Source of the DNA: Planctomycetia bacterium
GTDB taxonomy: Bacteria; Planctomycetota; UBA1135; UBA2386
Direction of reading: 5' to 3'
Assembly: GCA_005776365.1 (NCBI GenBank)
Contig: SXPK01000186.1
Location: 1-42,999 of the forward strand
Length of the DNA: 42,999 nt
A program made the position numbers and the translations under genes. The notes beneath the pieces were generated by a model, which saw nothing but the letters and a program-made list of their open reading frames with translations, was not told the origin of the DNA and ran no database searches. Below, one piece after another: positions 1 through 9,515 of the stretch; the stretch's first letter is position 1, and each line of letters begins with the position of its first letter.

Positions 1-1266
1 ATCGACGAGTCCGATGGCGCGGTTGGGGATTTGCCGCGCGGGCTCGATCTAGGTTACGCCGGAACGAGCCACAAGAATTGCAAGGGCATCGTGAAAGGGA
101 TCGCGAACGCGTGCCTGCTTGAAATGCACCGGCGACTGGGTCGGCAGGTCGTGCTGACGGGCGAGGATTTGTGCAACCTTGGCCCGGTGGCGCTGCTTCA
201 GGATTTGGCAATGATGTCGCTGCTCGGCATCGGGCACGTCGAACGCAATGGGCATCATTATTATCGCGGATTGGGCATGTGGCCAGCGGACTGGCAGGAC
301 GAAGTGCTCACAACGCACGGAGATATTTACGAGCGTCACCGCGATGGTTTCGCGTGTCTGCGAATTTGCGAAGGTCGCATCGCGCTCGACGGTGCGAAGT
401 GGGACACCGGCGATCGGCGCACATCGCTCCCACCCGAACGACGCGCGGTCGGGTTCGTATTCCAAGACCATCGGTTGTTCCCGCGGCTCGACGCCCGCGA
501 CAACGTCGCATTCGCGCTGCGCTGCCAAGGTGTGCCAAGGCCGAGCGCGCGGGCGACCGCAGAAGCCTGGCTGCAACGAGTCGGCCTGCAGGACCGCGCG
601 CGCGCACTGCCGTCTGAGCTCTCCGGTGGCGAATCACAGCGCGTCGCGCTCGCACGCGCACTCGCCAGCCAACCACGGGTGTTGCTGCTCGACGAGCCGC
701 TCGCTGCCGTCGATGCGAGCAGAAAGGCAGAGTTGCGGCGCGATCTGCGCGCGCACCTCGACGCATTCGAGGGCCCCCGCATCGTCGTCACGCACGACGC
801 AGTGGACGCATTTGCGATCGCGGACCGCGTCGCTGTGCTCGAGAACGGCGTCATCGTGCAGCACGGCGCGCCGGCCGACATCTGCGCCGCTCCGCGCACC
901 CGCTACGTCGCCGACCTCGTCGGACTCAACTGGTTGCGAGGCACCTGCCGGGCCGGGACCTTGGCGATCCATGGCGGCGGCGAGCTGAAGGTCGCGTGGC
1001 AAGGTGAAGGCAACGCGATCGCCACGATCCACCCGCGCGCAATCGCGCTCTTCCCCTCTCGACCCGATGGCTCGCCGCGCAATGTGTGGCAGGCCACGGT
1101 CGCGTCGATCGAACCGGCGCTCGACGGTCTGCGGGTTCGGCTCGTCGGGCCAGTGCCGCTCGTCGCCGAGATCACTGAGTCCGCTCGCTCGCAGCTTTCG
1201 TTGCGCCCGGGATCGAGCGTCTGGCTCGCGCTGAAGGCGACCGAGATCGCGGTCAGTCCCGCCTGA
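1..1266 (+). CDS. Chimeric ORF, 5'-partial: enolase/mandelate-racemase-like C-terminal fragment (to ~390) fused in frame to a ModC-like ABC ATPase lacking Walker A, with C-terminal TOBE domain
   Basis: Frame is open from base 1 (IDESDG...GYAGTSHKNCKG...EDL...LLQDL...HVERNGHHY). After GRIALDG it becomes an ABC ATPase: Q-loop VFQD, signature LSGGE, Walker B LLLDEP, H-loop VTHD, then TOBE-like 'SPRNVW...AEIT...L.PG..V...LKATE'. No GxxGxGKT/S motif. Confidence 0.75.
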   Translation: MDESDGAVGDLPRGLDLGYAGTSHKNCKGIVKGIANACLLEMHRRLGRQVVLTGEDLCNLGPVALLQDLAMMSLLGIGHVERNGHHYYRGLGMWPADWQDEVLTTHGDIYERHRDGFACLRICEGRIALDGAKWDTGDRRTSLPPERRAVGFVFQDHRLFPRLDARDNVAFALRCQGVPRPSARATAEAWLQRVGLQDRARALPSELSGGESQRVALARALASQPRVLLLDEPLAAVDASRKAELRRDLRAHLDAFEGPRIVVTHDAVDAFAIADRVAVLENGVIVQHGAPADICAAPRTRYVADLVGLNWLRGTCRAGTLAIHGGGELKVAWQGEGNAIATIHPRAIALFPSRPDGSPRNVWQATVASIEPALDGLRVRLVGPVPLVAEITESARSQLSLRPGSSVWLALKATEIAVSPA

Positions 1267-1350
1267 CGACGGAAGGAATGATCGCGCTGCCGCGTTCGGG
1301 CGACGCATCGACGTCGCGCATCGGCGCACTTCGGCGCGAGATCGGGCGCC

Positions 1351-2250
1351 TTACGGCCGCGCCGTGCGCAGCCCCCCGTGCAGCGAACCGTCCTGGCCGA
1401 TGACGACCGCCTCGAATCCGCCGTAGGACGGATTGGGGATCAAGATCCATCGCGTGCCCCACCATGACGCGCGCTCCGCGACGATCGCGGCGCGATGCTC
1501 TTCGGTTGCGCGACAGTTCGCAGCATGGCGTTCTGGATCCGCGTCCTTCTTCGGGTCGGTGTCCGAGGCGAAGTCACCGAGGTTGTCGCCGACCAGTTGC
1601 ACGACACGGAATCGATCGGCGACGAGCGCTCGCCGAGACGCTTTGTCGGAGCCAGCGCCGCGCTCGCCCTTGGTCAGCACCACATCGAACCCGTCGTGCT
1701 CGTCGATCGGGAACCCCAAGGCGCGCAGATTGGCTCGCGTATCCGACTCTTCGGAACTGGGCGAGTTGACGTCGCCAGAATCCGCCTTGCGGTTGGTGAG
1801 ATAGACCACACGGACCGACAGCTTGTGCGCCATGCGCGCGTATTCGAGTGCGCCTGGAATCGCGGTTGCGCGACGCTCCGCAACCCAGCCTGCCCACGCG
1901 ACCGGATCAAAGCCCTTGCCGTCGCGGATCCGTCGTGCCGCGAACGCGGTGTTGTCGAGCACGGTTTCGTCGACGTCGACCACGACTGCGAGCGGCTTCT
2001 GCGCGAGAGCCGCGTCCGCTTGCTGTTCCAGACAAGCAGTCCACGTTGCGTCCGCGATCGTGCGCGGCAGCGCATCGGCCGCAACTCGATAGGCCTGCTC
2101 GCAGGCCGCGCGATACTCAGCGGCGCGCTGCATCCAGACGACGGCGAGCGCCTGGTCGTGCTGCGGCGACGGCTCTACTGCGCATGCGGCAAGCGCCAGG
2201 AGAAACAGGACGGCGGCGACGGAACGACTCACCGAGAAGGCGACGGTCAT
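1351..2250 (-). CDS. 5'-nucleotidase, lipoprotein e(P4) family (HAD class C acid phosphatase)
   Basis: Lipobox LALAAC; HAD motif DVDETVLDN; YLTNR, GDNLGDF and IPNPSYG motifs. Start placed at MTVAFSV (ATG 2250). Confidence 0.88.
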   Translation of the reverse strand: MTVAFSVSRSVAAVLFLLALAACAVEPSPQHDQALAVVWMQRAAEYRAACEQAYRVAADALPRTIADATWTACLEQQADAALAQKPLAVVVDVDETVLDNTAFAARRIRDGKGFDPVAWAGWVAERRATAIPGALEYARMAHKLSVRVVYLTNRKADSGDVNSPSSEESDTRANLRALGFPIDEHDGFDVVLTKGERGAGSDKASRRALVADRFRVVQLVGDNLGDFASDTDPKKDADPERHAANCRATEEHRAAIVAERASWWGTRWILIPNPSYGGFEAVVIGQDGSLHGGLRTARP

Positions 2251-2302
2251 CGACACAGTTCTAGGCGGAGCCGATGAGCGTGTCGAAACCAGCGACGGAA
2301 CT

Positions 2303-2800
2303 TCAGCGCAACAAGACGAGTTGCGGCACGGCATCCGCGTCGCACCAAACGATCGCGTCCTGCCCCCACTTCGCGCCGATTTGGCACGCGTCCTCGAACA
2401 GCAGGCCAAAGCAGAGGCAACTCCGCTCTTCGGGCCAGCCGTTGTCCGGATGCCCGCCTGCGCCTTCGTAGGACACGCAACCGATCTTCGCGAGGTCGGC
2501 GAGCAACGCCGCGTGCCGCGCGAGATTCTCCGACTCTTCGATCGCTGCGCCGGACGGATTGAACGCGGTCACGAATGCGCAGGTCGCGACGCCGTGCCGC
2601 CTCATCGCCTCCGCCAGTGCCGCATTTGCTTCGCCGATGCGCAGCGTGATGACCTCTGGCGTGCGCACGGAGTAGTGCGTCTCCATGTAGGCGACGAGCT
2701 TGTCTTCCGCGACGACGGTCGCGTGCGCCGTCGTCGGCGCGGACGGTCGCTGCGTCGCGAGCACGACGTGCGGAGCGGTGTTGTGACGGCGCCACGTCAT
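2303..2800 (-). CDS. DUF3293 domain protein
   Basis: Motifs AYMETHY, FVTAFNPSG, EN..RHAAL, WPEERS, WGQDAIVW match this family. Start uncertain (2800, 2764 or 2686). Confidence 0.75.
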   Translation of the reverse strand: MTWRRHNTAPHVVLATQRPSAPTTAHATVVAEDKLVAYMETHYSVRTPEVITLRIGEANAALAEAMRRHGVATCAFVTAFNPSGAAIEESENLARHAALLADLAKIGCVSYEGAGGHPDNGWPEERSCLCFGLLFEDACQIGAKWGQDAIVWCDADAVPQLVLLR

Positions 2801-2855
2801 GGCTTCGCTCGCGTGACGGCAACGCAAGCCCACGTCGAGCTTCTTGCGAGTGAGT

Positions 2856-3338
2856 TCACTTGGCCTTCTTGCCGCGGGGACGCTTCTTCTGCGCCGCCGA
2901 ACGATCGATGAGCTTGCCGCGAGCTGTCCGCGGCAACGGGGCGCCACTCGATTCGATCGCTGCAGCAAGCAGCGCCTCGATATCTGGGTGCCGAAGTTGC
3001 TTCGCGGACTCCAGCACCACGAACCGCACCTGCTTCCCCGTTCCTTGCAGCAGCTTCTTGGCGTCGGGCAAACGGGGCCCATTCATCAGGTAAAGGCGCA
3101 CGCCGTCGCCACGCGCCGCGATCGATGCGACCGCATCCAGGGGATGCTCCGTCCTCGAGTAGGCGATGACGAAGAAGCTGCCGTAGTCGTAGAGCAGTTC
3201 GTTCGTGGCCGGCAGTCGCTTCTGCATCGCGAGGCGTATCGACTGAATCACCTTCTGCTCGGCAGCATCGAACTTCGCCATGCAAACGCGAAGCTTGTCC
3301 AACGCGGGGTCTTTGTCGCCAACGAGTCGGCCTGCCAT
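2856..3338 (-). CDS. DUF1801 (YdhG-like) domain protein
   Basis: LPATNELLYDY...VIAYS...VRLYLMNGPRLPDAKKLLQGTGKQVRFV pattern; basic C-terminal tail. Confidence 0.7.
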   Translation of the reverse strand: MAGRLVGDKDPALDKLRVCMAKFDAAEQKVIQSIRLAMQKRLPATNELLYDYGSFFVIAYSRTEHPLDAVASIAARGDGVRLYLMNGPRLPDAKKLLQGTGKQVRFVVLESAKQLRHPDIEALLAAAIESSGAPLPRTARGKLIDRSAAQKKRPRGKKAK

Positions 3339-3585
3339 CGAATGTGCCTCTTGCTTGCTCAAGATCGTGCGCCAAAGAGGCGCAAGTCAACCGACCTTTT
3401 GCCGCAAGCGTCAAAGCGACGCTCGTCGACTCCGAAGTCGCCTGGACACCGATCCTACAGCTCTGGCGCGTCACGCGATCCTCGGCCTTCGGGCGCGGGT
3501 AGAAGCAAGACCACGCTCACGGCACCGCTCTAACCTTGGGGCAAGGCTTCCGTTCCACGTTGCGTTGGTCGTCCACGCGCCAGCA

Positions 3586-4071
3586 CTACGAGTCAGGCTC
3601 CTCCGGCTCTTCCTCGAGTTCGTCTGCAGGCACGAACTTGTTGCCCTTCCACCCATACTCGTCGCCATTGATGCTCGCTCTGCTCTCCTGCGGACAGATG
3701 CTGCGCGCCAACCTCAGCAACTCCGTTTCGCTGATGTGCCGCGACAGGAAGCTAGGGTCCGTCGTTTCGGTCAAGAAGGTGTCCGCAGTGGCCAGCGCCT
3801 CCTCAATCGACTCGTAGGGACCGGTGGTCGCCCAATCCGTCGATATGCAGATACAGATGTCGCCCACCACACGGAGCCACGACGAGCCCGAGTCCCAGCA
3901 GAACTGCAGCGCTTCCTCCGAGCATGCGTCGAAGGCTGTGCACGCGCAGTCGAACAAGTCGGGAACGCCCTGGGCACAGCTTTGCTTGAGTTCTTTCACG
4001 AACGCATCGACGAAGTCGGAATCCTCGAGCAGTTTAGGCAGCGCCTTCACCCACAAGTTGGCGTCATACAT
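3586..4071 (-). CDS. Hypothetical acidic, Cys-rich protein
   Basis: Protein-like composition (not the Arg/Ala-rich pattern of shadow ORFs); 8 Cys; poly-acidic C-terminus ELEEEPEEPDS. No family recognised. Confidence 0.6.
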   Translation of the reverse strand: MYDANLWVKALPKLLEDSDFVDAFVKELKQSCAQGVPDLFDCACTAFDACSEEALQFCWDSGSSWLRVVGDICICISTDWATTGPYESIEEALATADTFLTETTDPSFLSRHISETELLRLARSICPQESRASINGDEYGWKGNKFVPADELEEEPEEPDS

Positions 4072-4605
4072 GGCGGTTGCCTCCACGGCGGACGCCGCCT
4101 TTGTCGGCCCCAGCGCGACCCGGCAGGCGGCCGCTGGCAGGCGAATGCAATCGCAGCCAGATGGCGTGCCGACGCGCCGCGAAGGACCGCAGCGTCCAGA
4201 GACGTTGCTGGAGATTGGACTGAACAGTTTTCATCGGGTTCTTCCTGCGCCCGCACCTTGCAGACCGCGCCATTGCGGAACGCATGCCAGGGCCTCGAAC
4301 ACCGGGCGCGGCGCCAAGCGCCGCAGGAGCCTTCGTTCGCCGGGCCAACCGCCCGCGCGCATCGATCCGGCGAACTCGCCGGATCAAGCCACCTTGCCGC
4401 TCCTCGGCAGGTTGGCCGCCCCGCGCTGCCGCGTGGGACTGTCCTGATGCTGGTTCCCTTCTCGCATCTCGGTGCGCGGTCGTCAATGCGCGGATGCTTT
4501 GTGCTCGTGTCATTGTGTGTCATGACGTTCCCCCGAACGAGCGATGAGCACATTGTGACCCCATGGACCCTTGCATCCCAAGGTGTTGGATCCGAAGGAT
4601 GCGCT

Positions 4606-5427
4606 ATGAAGTCCGACTCGACCGTGTCCGCCGACTCCTTACGCGACGAAGTGCGCGCGCACTACGCCGCCATCCCCTCGGCGGCAGTTGGCGCTGCGTG
4701 CGCGCCAGGGTGCTGCGGCGCCAATCCCGACGCGTCGCTCGACCTCGGCTACACGAAGTCAGAACTCGACGCGCTGCCCGAGGGCGCCAACCTCGGGCTC
4801 GGCTGCGGCAACCCGCAAGAACTTGCGCGACTGAAGCGAGGCGAGCGCGTGCTCGACCTTGGCAGCGGCGGCGGCATCGACTGCTTCCTCGCGGCGAAGC
4901 AGGTCGGGCCTGGCGGCCGCGTGATCGGCGTCGACATGACACCAGAAATGCTCAAGAACGCGCGCGCCGCCAGGGACCGCATGGGCGCCGCGAATGTTGA
5001 GTTCCGCCTCGGCGAGATCGAACACCTGCCGGTTGCCGACGGCTCGATCGACGTGATCTTGTCCAACTGCGTCGTCAATCTGTCGCCCGACAAGCCGCAG
5101 GTCTTCCGCGAAGCCTTCCGAGTGCTCGCGCCGGGCGGCCGCCTGGCGATTCGCGACGTCGTCGCCACTGCGCCGATGCCGACCGAACTCGCATCCGACC
5201 CGCGCATGGTCGCCGGCTGCGTCGGCAACGCCGCGCCAGTGCAGCAACTCGAAGCCGCGCTGCGCGAGGCCGGTTTCGGCAACGTCGACGTCGAGGTCGA
5301 CGAGTCGAGCCGCAAGGTCATCGCGACGTGGTTCCCGGGCGCTGGCGTGGAGAACTACGTCGCCTCGGCCAGCATCACCGCGCACAAGCAAAGCGCCTGC
5401 GATTGTGGGCTCGGCGACTGCGCTTGA
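4606..5427 (+). CDS. arsM: Arsenite S-adenosylmethionine methyltransferase
   Basis: N-terminal CC pair, GLGCGNP, SAM motif VLDLGSGGGIDC, GVDMT, ILSNCVVNLSPDK and GCVG. True start is ATG 4606 inside the longer track ORF. Confidence 0.92.
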   Translation: MKSDSTVSADSLRDEVRAHYAAIPSAAVGAACAPGCCGANPDASLDLGYTKSELDALPEGANLGLGCGNPQELARLKRGERVLDLGSGGGIDCFLAAKQVGPGGRVIGVDMTPEMLKNARAARDRMGAANVEFRLGEIEHLPVADGSIDVILSNCVVNLSPDKPQVFREAFRVLAPGGRLAIRDVVATAPMPTELASDPRMVAGCVGNAAPVQQLEAALREAGFGNVDVEVDESSRKVIATWFPGAGVENYVASASITAHKQSACDCGLGDCA

Positions 5428-5567
5428 TTGAGCAAGGGTCTTGCGGCTCCTGCACGTGCCGGCCTTCGCCACCCCTGCCACTACCCGCTGCCACAACCTG
5501 CTGCCAGCCGAAGGCACCTCACGCAAGTGCGTGCTCGGTCTCTACTAGGAAGCGTCCGACTGAAGAA

Positions 5568-5643
5568 TGGTGGGCCGTGCAGGATTCGAACCTGCGACTT
5601 CGACCTTGTGACGATCGCACTCTACCAACTGAGTTAACGGCCC
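5568..5643 (-). tRNA. tRNA-Val(CAC)
   Basis: Reverse complement folds as a 76-nt cloverleaf: acceptor GGGCCGT/ACGGCCC, D arm ACTC/GAGT, anticodon stem CGATC/GGTCG with loop GT-CAC-AA, T arm GCAGG-TTCGAAT-CCTGC, encoded ACCA end. Confidence 0.96.
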
Positions 5644-5935
5644 GTCCGAACGGGGCGGCGAACACTAGCCAGCGGCCACGCCTCGTTCAAGCGGAGACTC
5701 CCCTTCGGCACGCGCGGACACGGGCCTGAACAGGGCACCGCCCGCGGGTCCAGCTGCGTTCGCGAACTCCTGTTGCCATCGGCGCATCTGCGGAGGCAGA
5801 ACGAACGCGCGTCTGCACACCCGCGAAGCCATGCCTTTCCGTCCACCACCAGGTCGCCCCAAACTGCCTGAACGGCTGCAGCGCGCCGTTGCCGTTGGTC
5901 GATGAGCGACAGGTCTTCGAGGAGAGCACGACCCG

Positions 5936-7117
5936 ATGCTGCATTTCGTTTCCGCATTCTTGGCCCTGCAAGTCGCAGCGCCGCAGAACCCGACCGAGCC
6001 CACGCTGACGTCTGGCAATGCAGTCGTTGCCGCGGTGCCCACCGCGCCCGCAGTCGACTCGGCGATGGCCGCCCCCGCCTTGCGCGGAGCGGAGAAAGCC
6101 GGACCCGGCGAGGAAACCACAGCCTTGGTCGCCGACCTCGTGCAACACCAGGAGACTTCGATCGCAACGCGCGCCGCTTGGCTGCTCGGCGAATGGAAGT
6201 CCGTGCGCGGCGTCGACGCGCTTGCGCAAGCGATCAAGCAGAGCAGCAACGCCGATCTGCGACTGCAGTGCGCAGCGGCGCTCGACCGGATCCAGAACAG
6301 CCCCGCAACGGAAGCGCTGATCAACGGGCTGCACGACACCGACATCTCGGTGCGAGCATTCGCGGTCCAGGCGCTTGCGCGGCGCAGGCCGACAGGCGCC
6401 TCCCAACAACTGCTCGCGCTGATCGAGCGCCAGGGCGCAGCTGGTTCCGATGATTCGCACAAGGACGTCGCTGCCGCGCTGATCGCGCTTGCCGACCTCG
6501 GCGACACCAGCGCGATGTTGCCAGCCGCCGCAGCGGTGCGCTTTGAGTCCAAAGAAACGGGTCCGGCGCTCGCCTTCCTGTTTCAAGAACTGTCGCACAA
6601 GCTGCCGCAGTCGTTCGAAGCGACGACTCTCGTCGCCGCGCTCGATCACCAGGAGCCTCTGCTGCGCCGCTATGCGATCCAGCGCCTCGGCGAACTTCGT
6701 GATCCGACTACGGCGCGCGCGCTCGAAGGCCGGCTCGCGACCGAGGACCAGGCGCTGCAGCCATTGATCCGTGTCTCACTGGCGCAGGTGCGTCGCGACC
6801 AGATCGAGAACGGCGCCGACCTCGCACTGCGCGCAAAGAACAATGCCCTCGCGATCGGCCGCATGGTCGAGCGCCAATGGAACTCGCTGGAGACCGGAAC
6901 ACGACTGTCGACGGCGGCGACGACGTGCGTCGTCTCGTTCGGGATGCTGATGATCCTCGTGGCCCGCCGGCGCGCTCGCCACGCCGAAGCAGCGACCATT
7001 GCCGCCGCGGCAGGTGCCTGCCATCCGACGATGCTGCGCACCGCGCGCCCCGAGACCCGCGCAGTGCCTCGCTTCGAAGAAGCCTCGCGCACGCCGGTCG
7101 GCAGCGGCAGGTCTTGA
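5936..7117 (+). CDS. Exported HEAT-repeat protein with C-terminal TM segment
   Basis: Signal-like N-terminus; PBS/HEAT-like repeats (TRAAWLLG, LRLQCAAALD, VRAFAVQAL, LRRYAIQRLG); hydrophobic VVSFGMLMILVA followed by RRRAR. Confidence 0.8.
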   Translation: MLHFVSAFLALQVAAPQNPTEPTLTSGNAVVAAVPTAPAVDSAMAAPALRGAEKAGPGEETTALVADLVQHQETSIATRAAWLLGEWKSVRGVDALAQAIKQSSNADLRLQCAAALDRIQNSPATEALINGLHDTDISVRAFAVQALARRRPTGASQQLLALIERQGAAGSDDSHKDVAAALIALADLGDTSAMLPAAAAVRFESKETGPALAFLFQELSHKLPQSFEATTLVAALDHQEPLLRRYAIQRLGELRDPTTARALEGRLATEDQALQPLIRVSLAQVRRDQIENGADLALRAKNNALAIGRMVERQWNSLETGTRLSTAATTCVVSFGMLMILVARRRARHAEAATIAAAAGACHPTMLRTARPETRAVPRFEEASRTPVGSGRS

Positions 7118-7136
7118 ACCAGGACACGACAAACCC

Positions 7137-8279
7137 ATGCGCCGCAGCCCGACGCGCCTGACGACCGCCGCGATCGCCGCGGCCATGTCGATCGCCTGCG
7201 CGCCGGCGACGCTCGCGCAGCAAGCGTCGTGGCGCGTCGCCTTCGGCCCGTCCGCTAGCGCGATCGGCGCCTCCGCAATCGACTGGATGCGGCGTGAGCT
7301 GCTCGCCACGAATGCCGCTTGGCCGCTGCTCCGCGATGCGTCCGCGCCATTCTGCGCGTGGAATGACGGCGACAAGATCCTCTTCGGCGAAGCGATCACG
7401 CTGCCCGGAGAATGCGTCGCCGCCGGCGAGTTCGTCGTCGACAGCTCGACGATCGCGTTCGAGTGTCGCAACGACGGCAGTGAGACATGGCGTCTGGCTG
7501 GCGCCCGACTGCCTGCGCCGATCGCAAACCTGTTCGCGCAACTTCGGATCGACGTCGACGGCCCACCGCGCGCACTCGACTTCGCATCGCTCGCGGGCAA
7601 CCTCGCTGGCGTCGCAGTCGAAGAAGACTCGCGCGCGCGCGTGCTCCACCTCGCCGCGCTGCAATGCGGCGAAGTGACGCTCGCTGCAACCCGCGAGCAG
7701 GGGCGCATCGTCATCACCGGTCGCAGCGGCGGCGGCCTCGTCGGACCCGCATGGATCCTGGCCGAGTTGCGGAGGCGCGATGCAGCGCAGACCATGGATG
7801 CCAGCGTGCTCGCATGGACGGCACGCGCTTTTGCTGGCGCCGACGCGGACCGACTCGAAGCCGCCCGGCAACTTCAGCGCGCAGGCGCGGCGGCGGTGCC
7901 CGCGCTCCGCGCGCTGCTTCACGGAGACGAAGCGAGCAGGCTGTGCGCCATCGATGGACTCCTTCGATTGAAGGCTGTCAGCGAGTTGCCGCGCATCGTT
8001 GCCGCCGCCGACATCGACATGCCGCTCGCGACCGCGATGGCCGAGACTGCGATCGAAGAGTTGCTGCCGCTGGCGGATTCAGACACTCGCGAACGGGCAC
8101 GAAAAGCGCTCGCCCGCAACGCCGCGCTAGCACCAGGGCTCATCGCATCGTCGCCGCGCGCCTCGGGCGAACAGCGACAGCGCCTCGTGACGATTGCGAC
8201 GCTGACGCTCGCGTGTCTCGTTGGACTGTGGCTGCGAGAACGCGCGCGCCTCGCCAGAGCGGAGCGCGCCTTCGCCTGA
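7137..8279 (+). CDS. Exported hypothetical protein with HEAT-like repeats and C-terminal membrane anchor
   Basis: Signal peptide MRRSPTRLTTAAIAAAMSIACAPATLA; HEAT-like AVPALRALL and LPRIVAA; terminal TM helix plus basic tail. Confidence 0.7.
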   Translation: MRRSPTRLTTAAIAAAMSIACAPATLAQQASWRVAFGPSASAIGASAIDWMRRELLATNAAWPLLRDASAPFCAWNDGDKILFGEAITLPGECVAAGEFVVDSSTIAFECRNDGSETWRLAGARLPAPIANLFAQLRIDVDGPPRALDFASLAGNLAGVAVEEDSRARVLHLAALQCGEVTLAATREQGRIVITGRSGGGLVGPAWILAELRRRDAAQTMDASVLAWTARAFAGADADRLEAARQLQRAGAAAVPALRALLHGDEASRLCAIDGLLRLKAVSELPRIVAAADIDMPLATAMAETAIEELLPLADSDTRERARKALARNAALAPGLIASSPRASGEQRQRLVTIATLTLACLVGLWLRERARLARAERAFA

Positions 8280-8285
8280 GGGCGA

Positions 8286-9413
8286 TCAGCCGCGCTTCTT
8301 TCGCCAGATCTCGAGCAGCTCACGCTCGCGCTCGGCCGCCAACCCGGTGCTGCGGAACGGTCGCTCGCCACGCTCCGTCTTGGCCCATTGCAAGGTGTCG
8401 CGGATCGTGTCGGCGAGCGGACGAAAGCGCATGCCTTCCTTGCGGGCGCGCGAGTTCGCGTAGACACGACGCCCATCGCGCGGAATCCACAGCGGCATCT
8501 GCATCCACGGACCGACCTTGTTCTCGGCGAGGAACTCCTCGTCGACCCAGGTCAGCGAGCCCGGCGTGCTCGTCGCGCACTTGCAGCCATAGAGGACCTC
8601 CTCCATCGTGACTACGCCGTCGTAGCCCACTGCGTTGAACACGCCGACGACTCGCCCTTCGACGCAGTGCAGCATCCAGTCCGCGAGGTCGCGCGCGTCG
8701 ATCATCTGCACCACGGCGTCGCGGTCGCCTGGCGCGAGGATCTCGCCGCCGCGGTCGATGCGCACCGGCCACCAGGTGAATCGATCACTGGTATCCCGCG
8801 GGCCGACGATCAGTCCCGGACGGATGTTGCAGACGCGGCCTGGCATCGCTTTTTCGGCGGCTTGCTCGCAGCGCGCTTTCATCGCGCCGTAGTTCGGCAC
8901 CGCCTCACGGATCGTGCGCGCCTTCTGCGCCTCCTCGTCGGAGATCGTCATCAGCGTCGCGTTCTCGTCGAGTTCCTGCTTCGAGTCGCCCGATTCTTCG
9001 TAGACCGAAACCGTGCTGACGAACACGTAGTGCTTCGCAGTCGCAGCGAACATCGAGGCGCTCTGCTCGACATGCGACGGAACGTAGCCCGACGTGTCGA
9101 CGACCACGTCGAACTCGCGGCCCTTCAGCGCCGACAGATCGCCGGTCTCTCGGTCGCCTTTCACGTGCTCGACCGTTGGAAACAGGTCGGCTCCGGTCTT
9201 GCCGCGATGGAACAGCGTGATCGAGTGGCCGCGCGCCAGCGCTGCGCCGACGAAGTGCGGCCCGAGGAAGCCGGTGCCTCCGAGCATCAGGATGCGCTGC
9301 GGCCCCGCGCCGGAAGCCGCTGTGCCTGCGGCAGCCAGTGTGTCGCAGAACGGCAAGGCGAGCCCCGCTGCGGACGCGCGGGCGAGGAAGGATCGTCGGG
9401 TCGGTTGGGCCAT
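8286..9413 (-). CDS. NAD-dependent epimerase/dehydratase (extended SDR) with twin-arginine signal
   Basis: TRRSFL Tat motif; GGTGFLG Rossmann motif; VSTVSVY; YGAMK catalytic motif; RPGLIVGP. Confidence 0.88.
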   Translation of the reverse strand: MAQPTRRSFLARASAAGLALPFCDTLAAAGTAASGAGPQRILMLGGTGFLGPHFVGAALARGHSITLFHRGKTGADLFPTVEHVKGDRETGDLSALKGREFDVVVDTSGYVPSHVEQSASMFAATAKHYVFVSTVSVYEESGDSKQELDENATLMTISDEEAQKARTIREAVPNYGAMKARCEQAAEKAMPGRVCNIRPGLIVGPRDTSDRFTWWPVRIDRGGEILAPGDRDAVVQMIDARDLADWMLHCVEGRVVGVFNAVGYDGVVTMEEVLYGCKCATSTPGSLTWVDEEFLAENKVGPWMQMPLWIPRDGRRVYANSRARKEGMRFRPLADTIRDTLQWAKTERGERPFRSTGLAAERERELLEIWRKKRG

Positions 9414-9515
9414 CGGCGTGTTCTACGTCACCGACGCCGCGATGTTGGCGCGCACGCCAAATCTCCACGACGGTTGCCGAGATCGGGGTGCTGGTCCCAA
9501 CCAGAAGCGGCCCGA

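Noticed and set aside
3280-4605. Long N-terminal extension of arsM in the 715-aa track ORF
   Set aside because: Arg/Ala-rich shadow sequence antisense to real genes; ArsM homology begins at ATG 4606.
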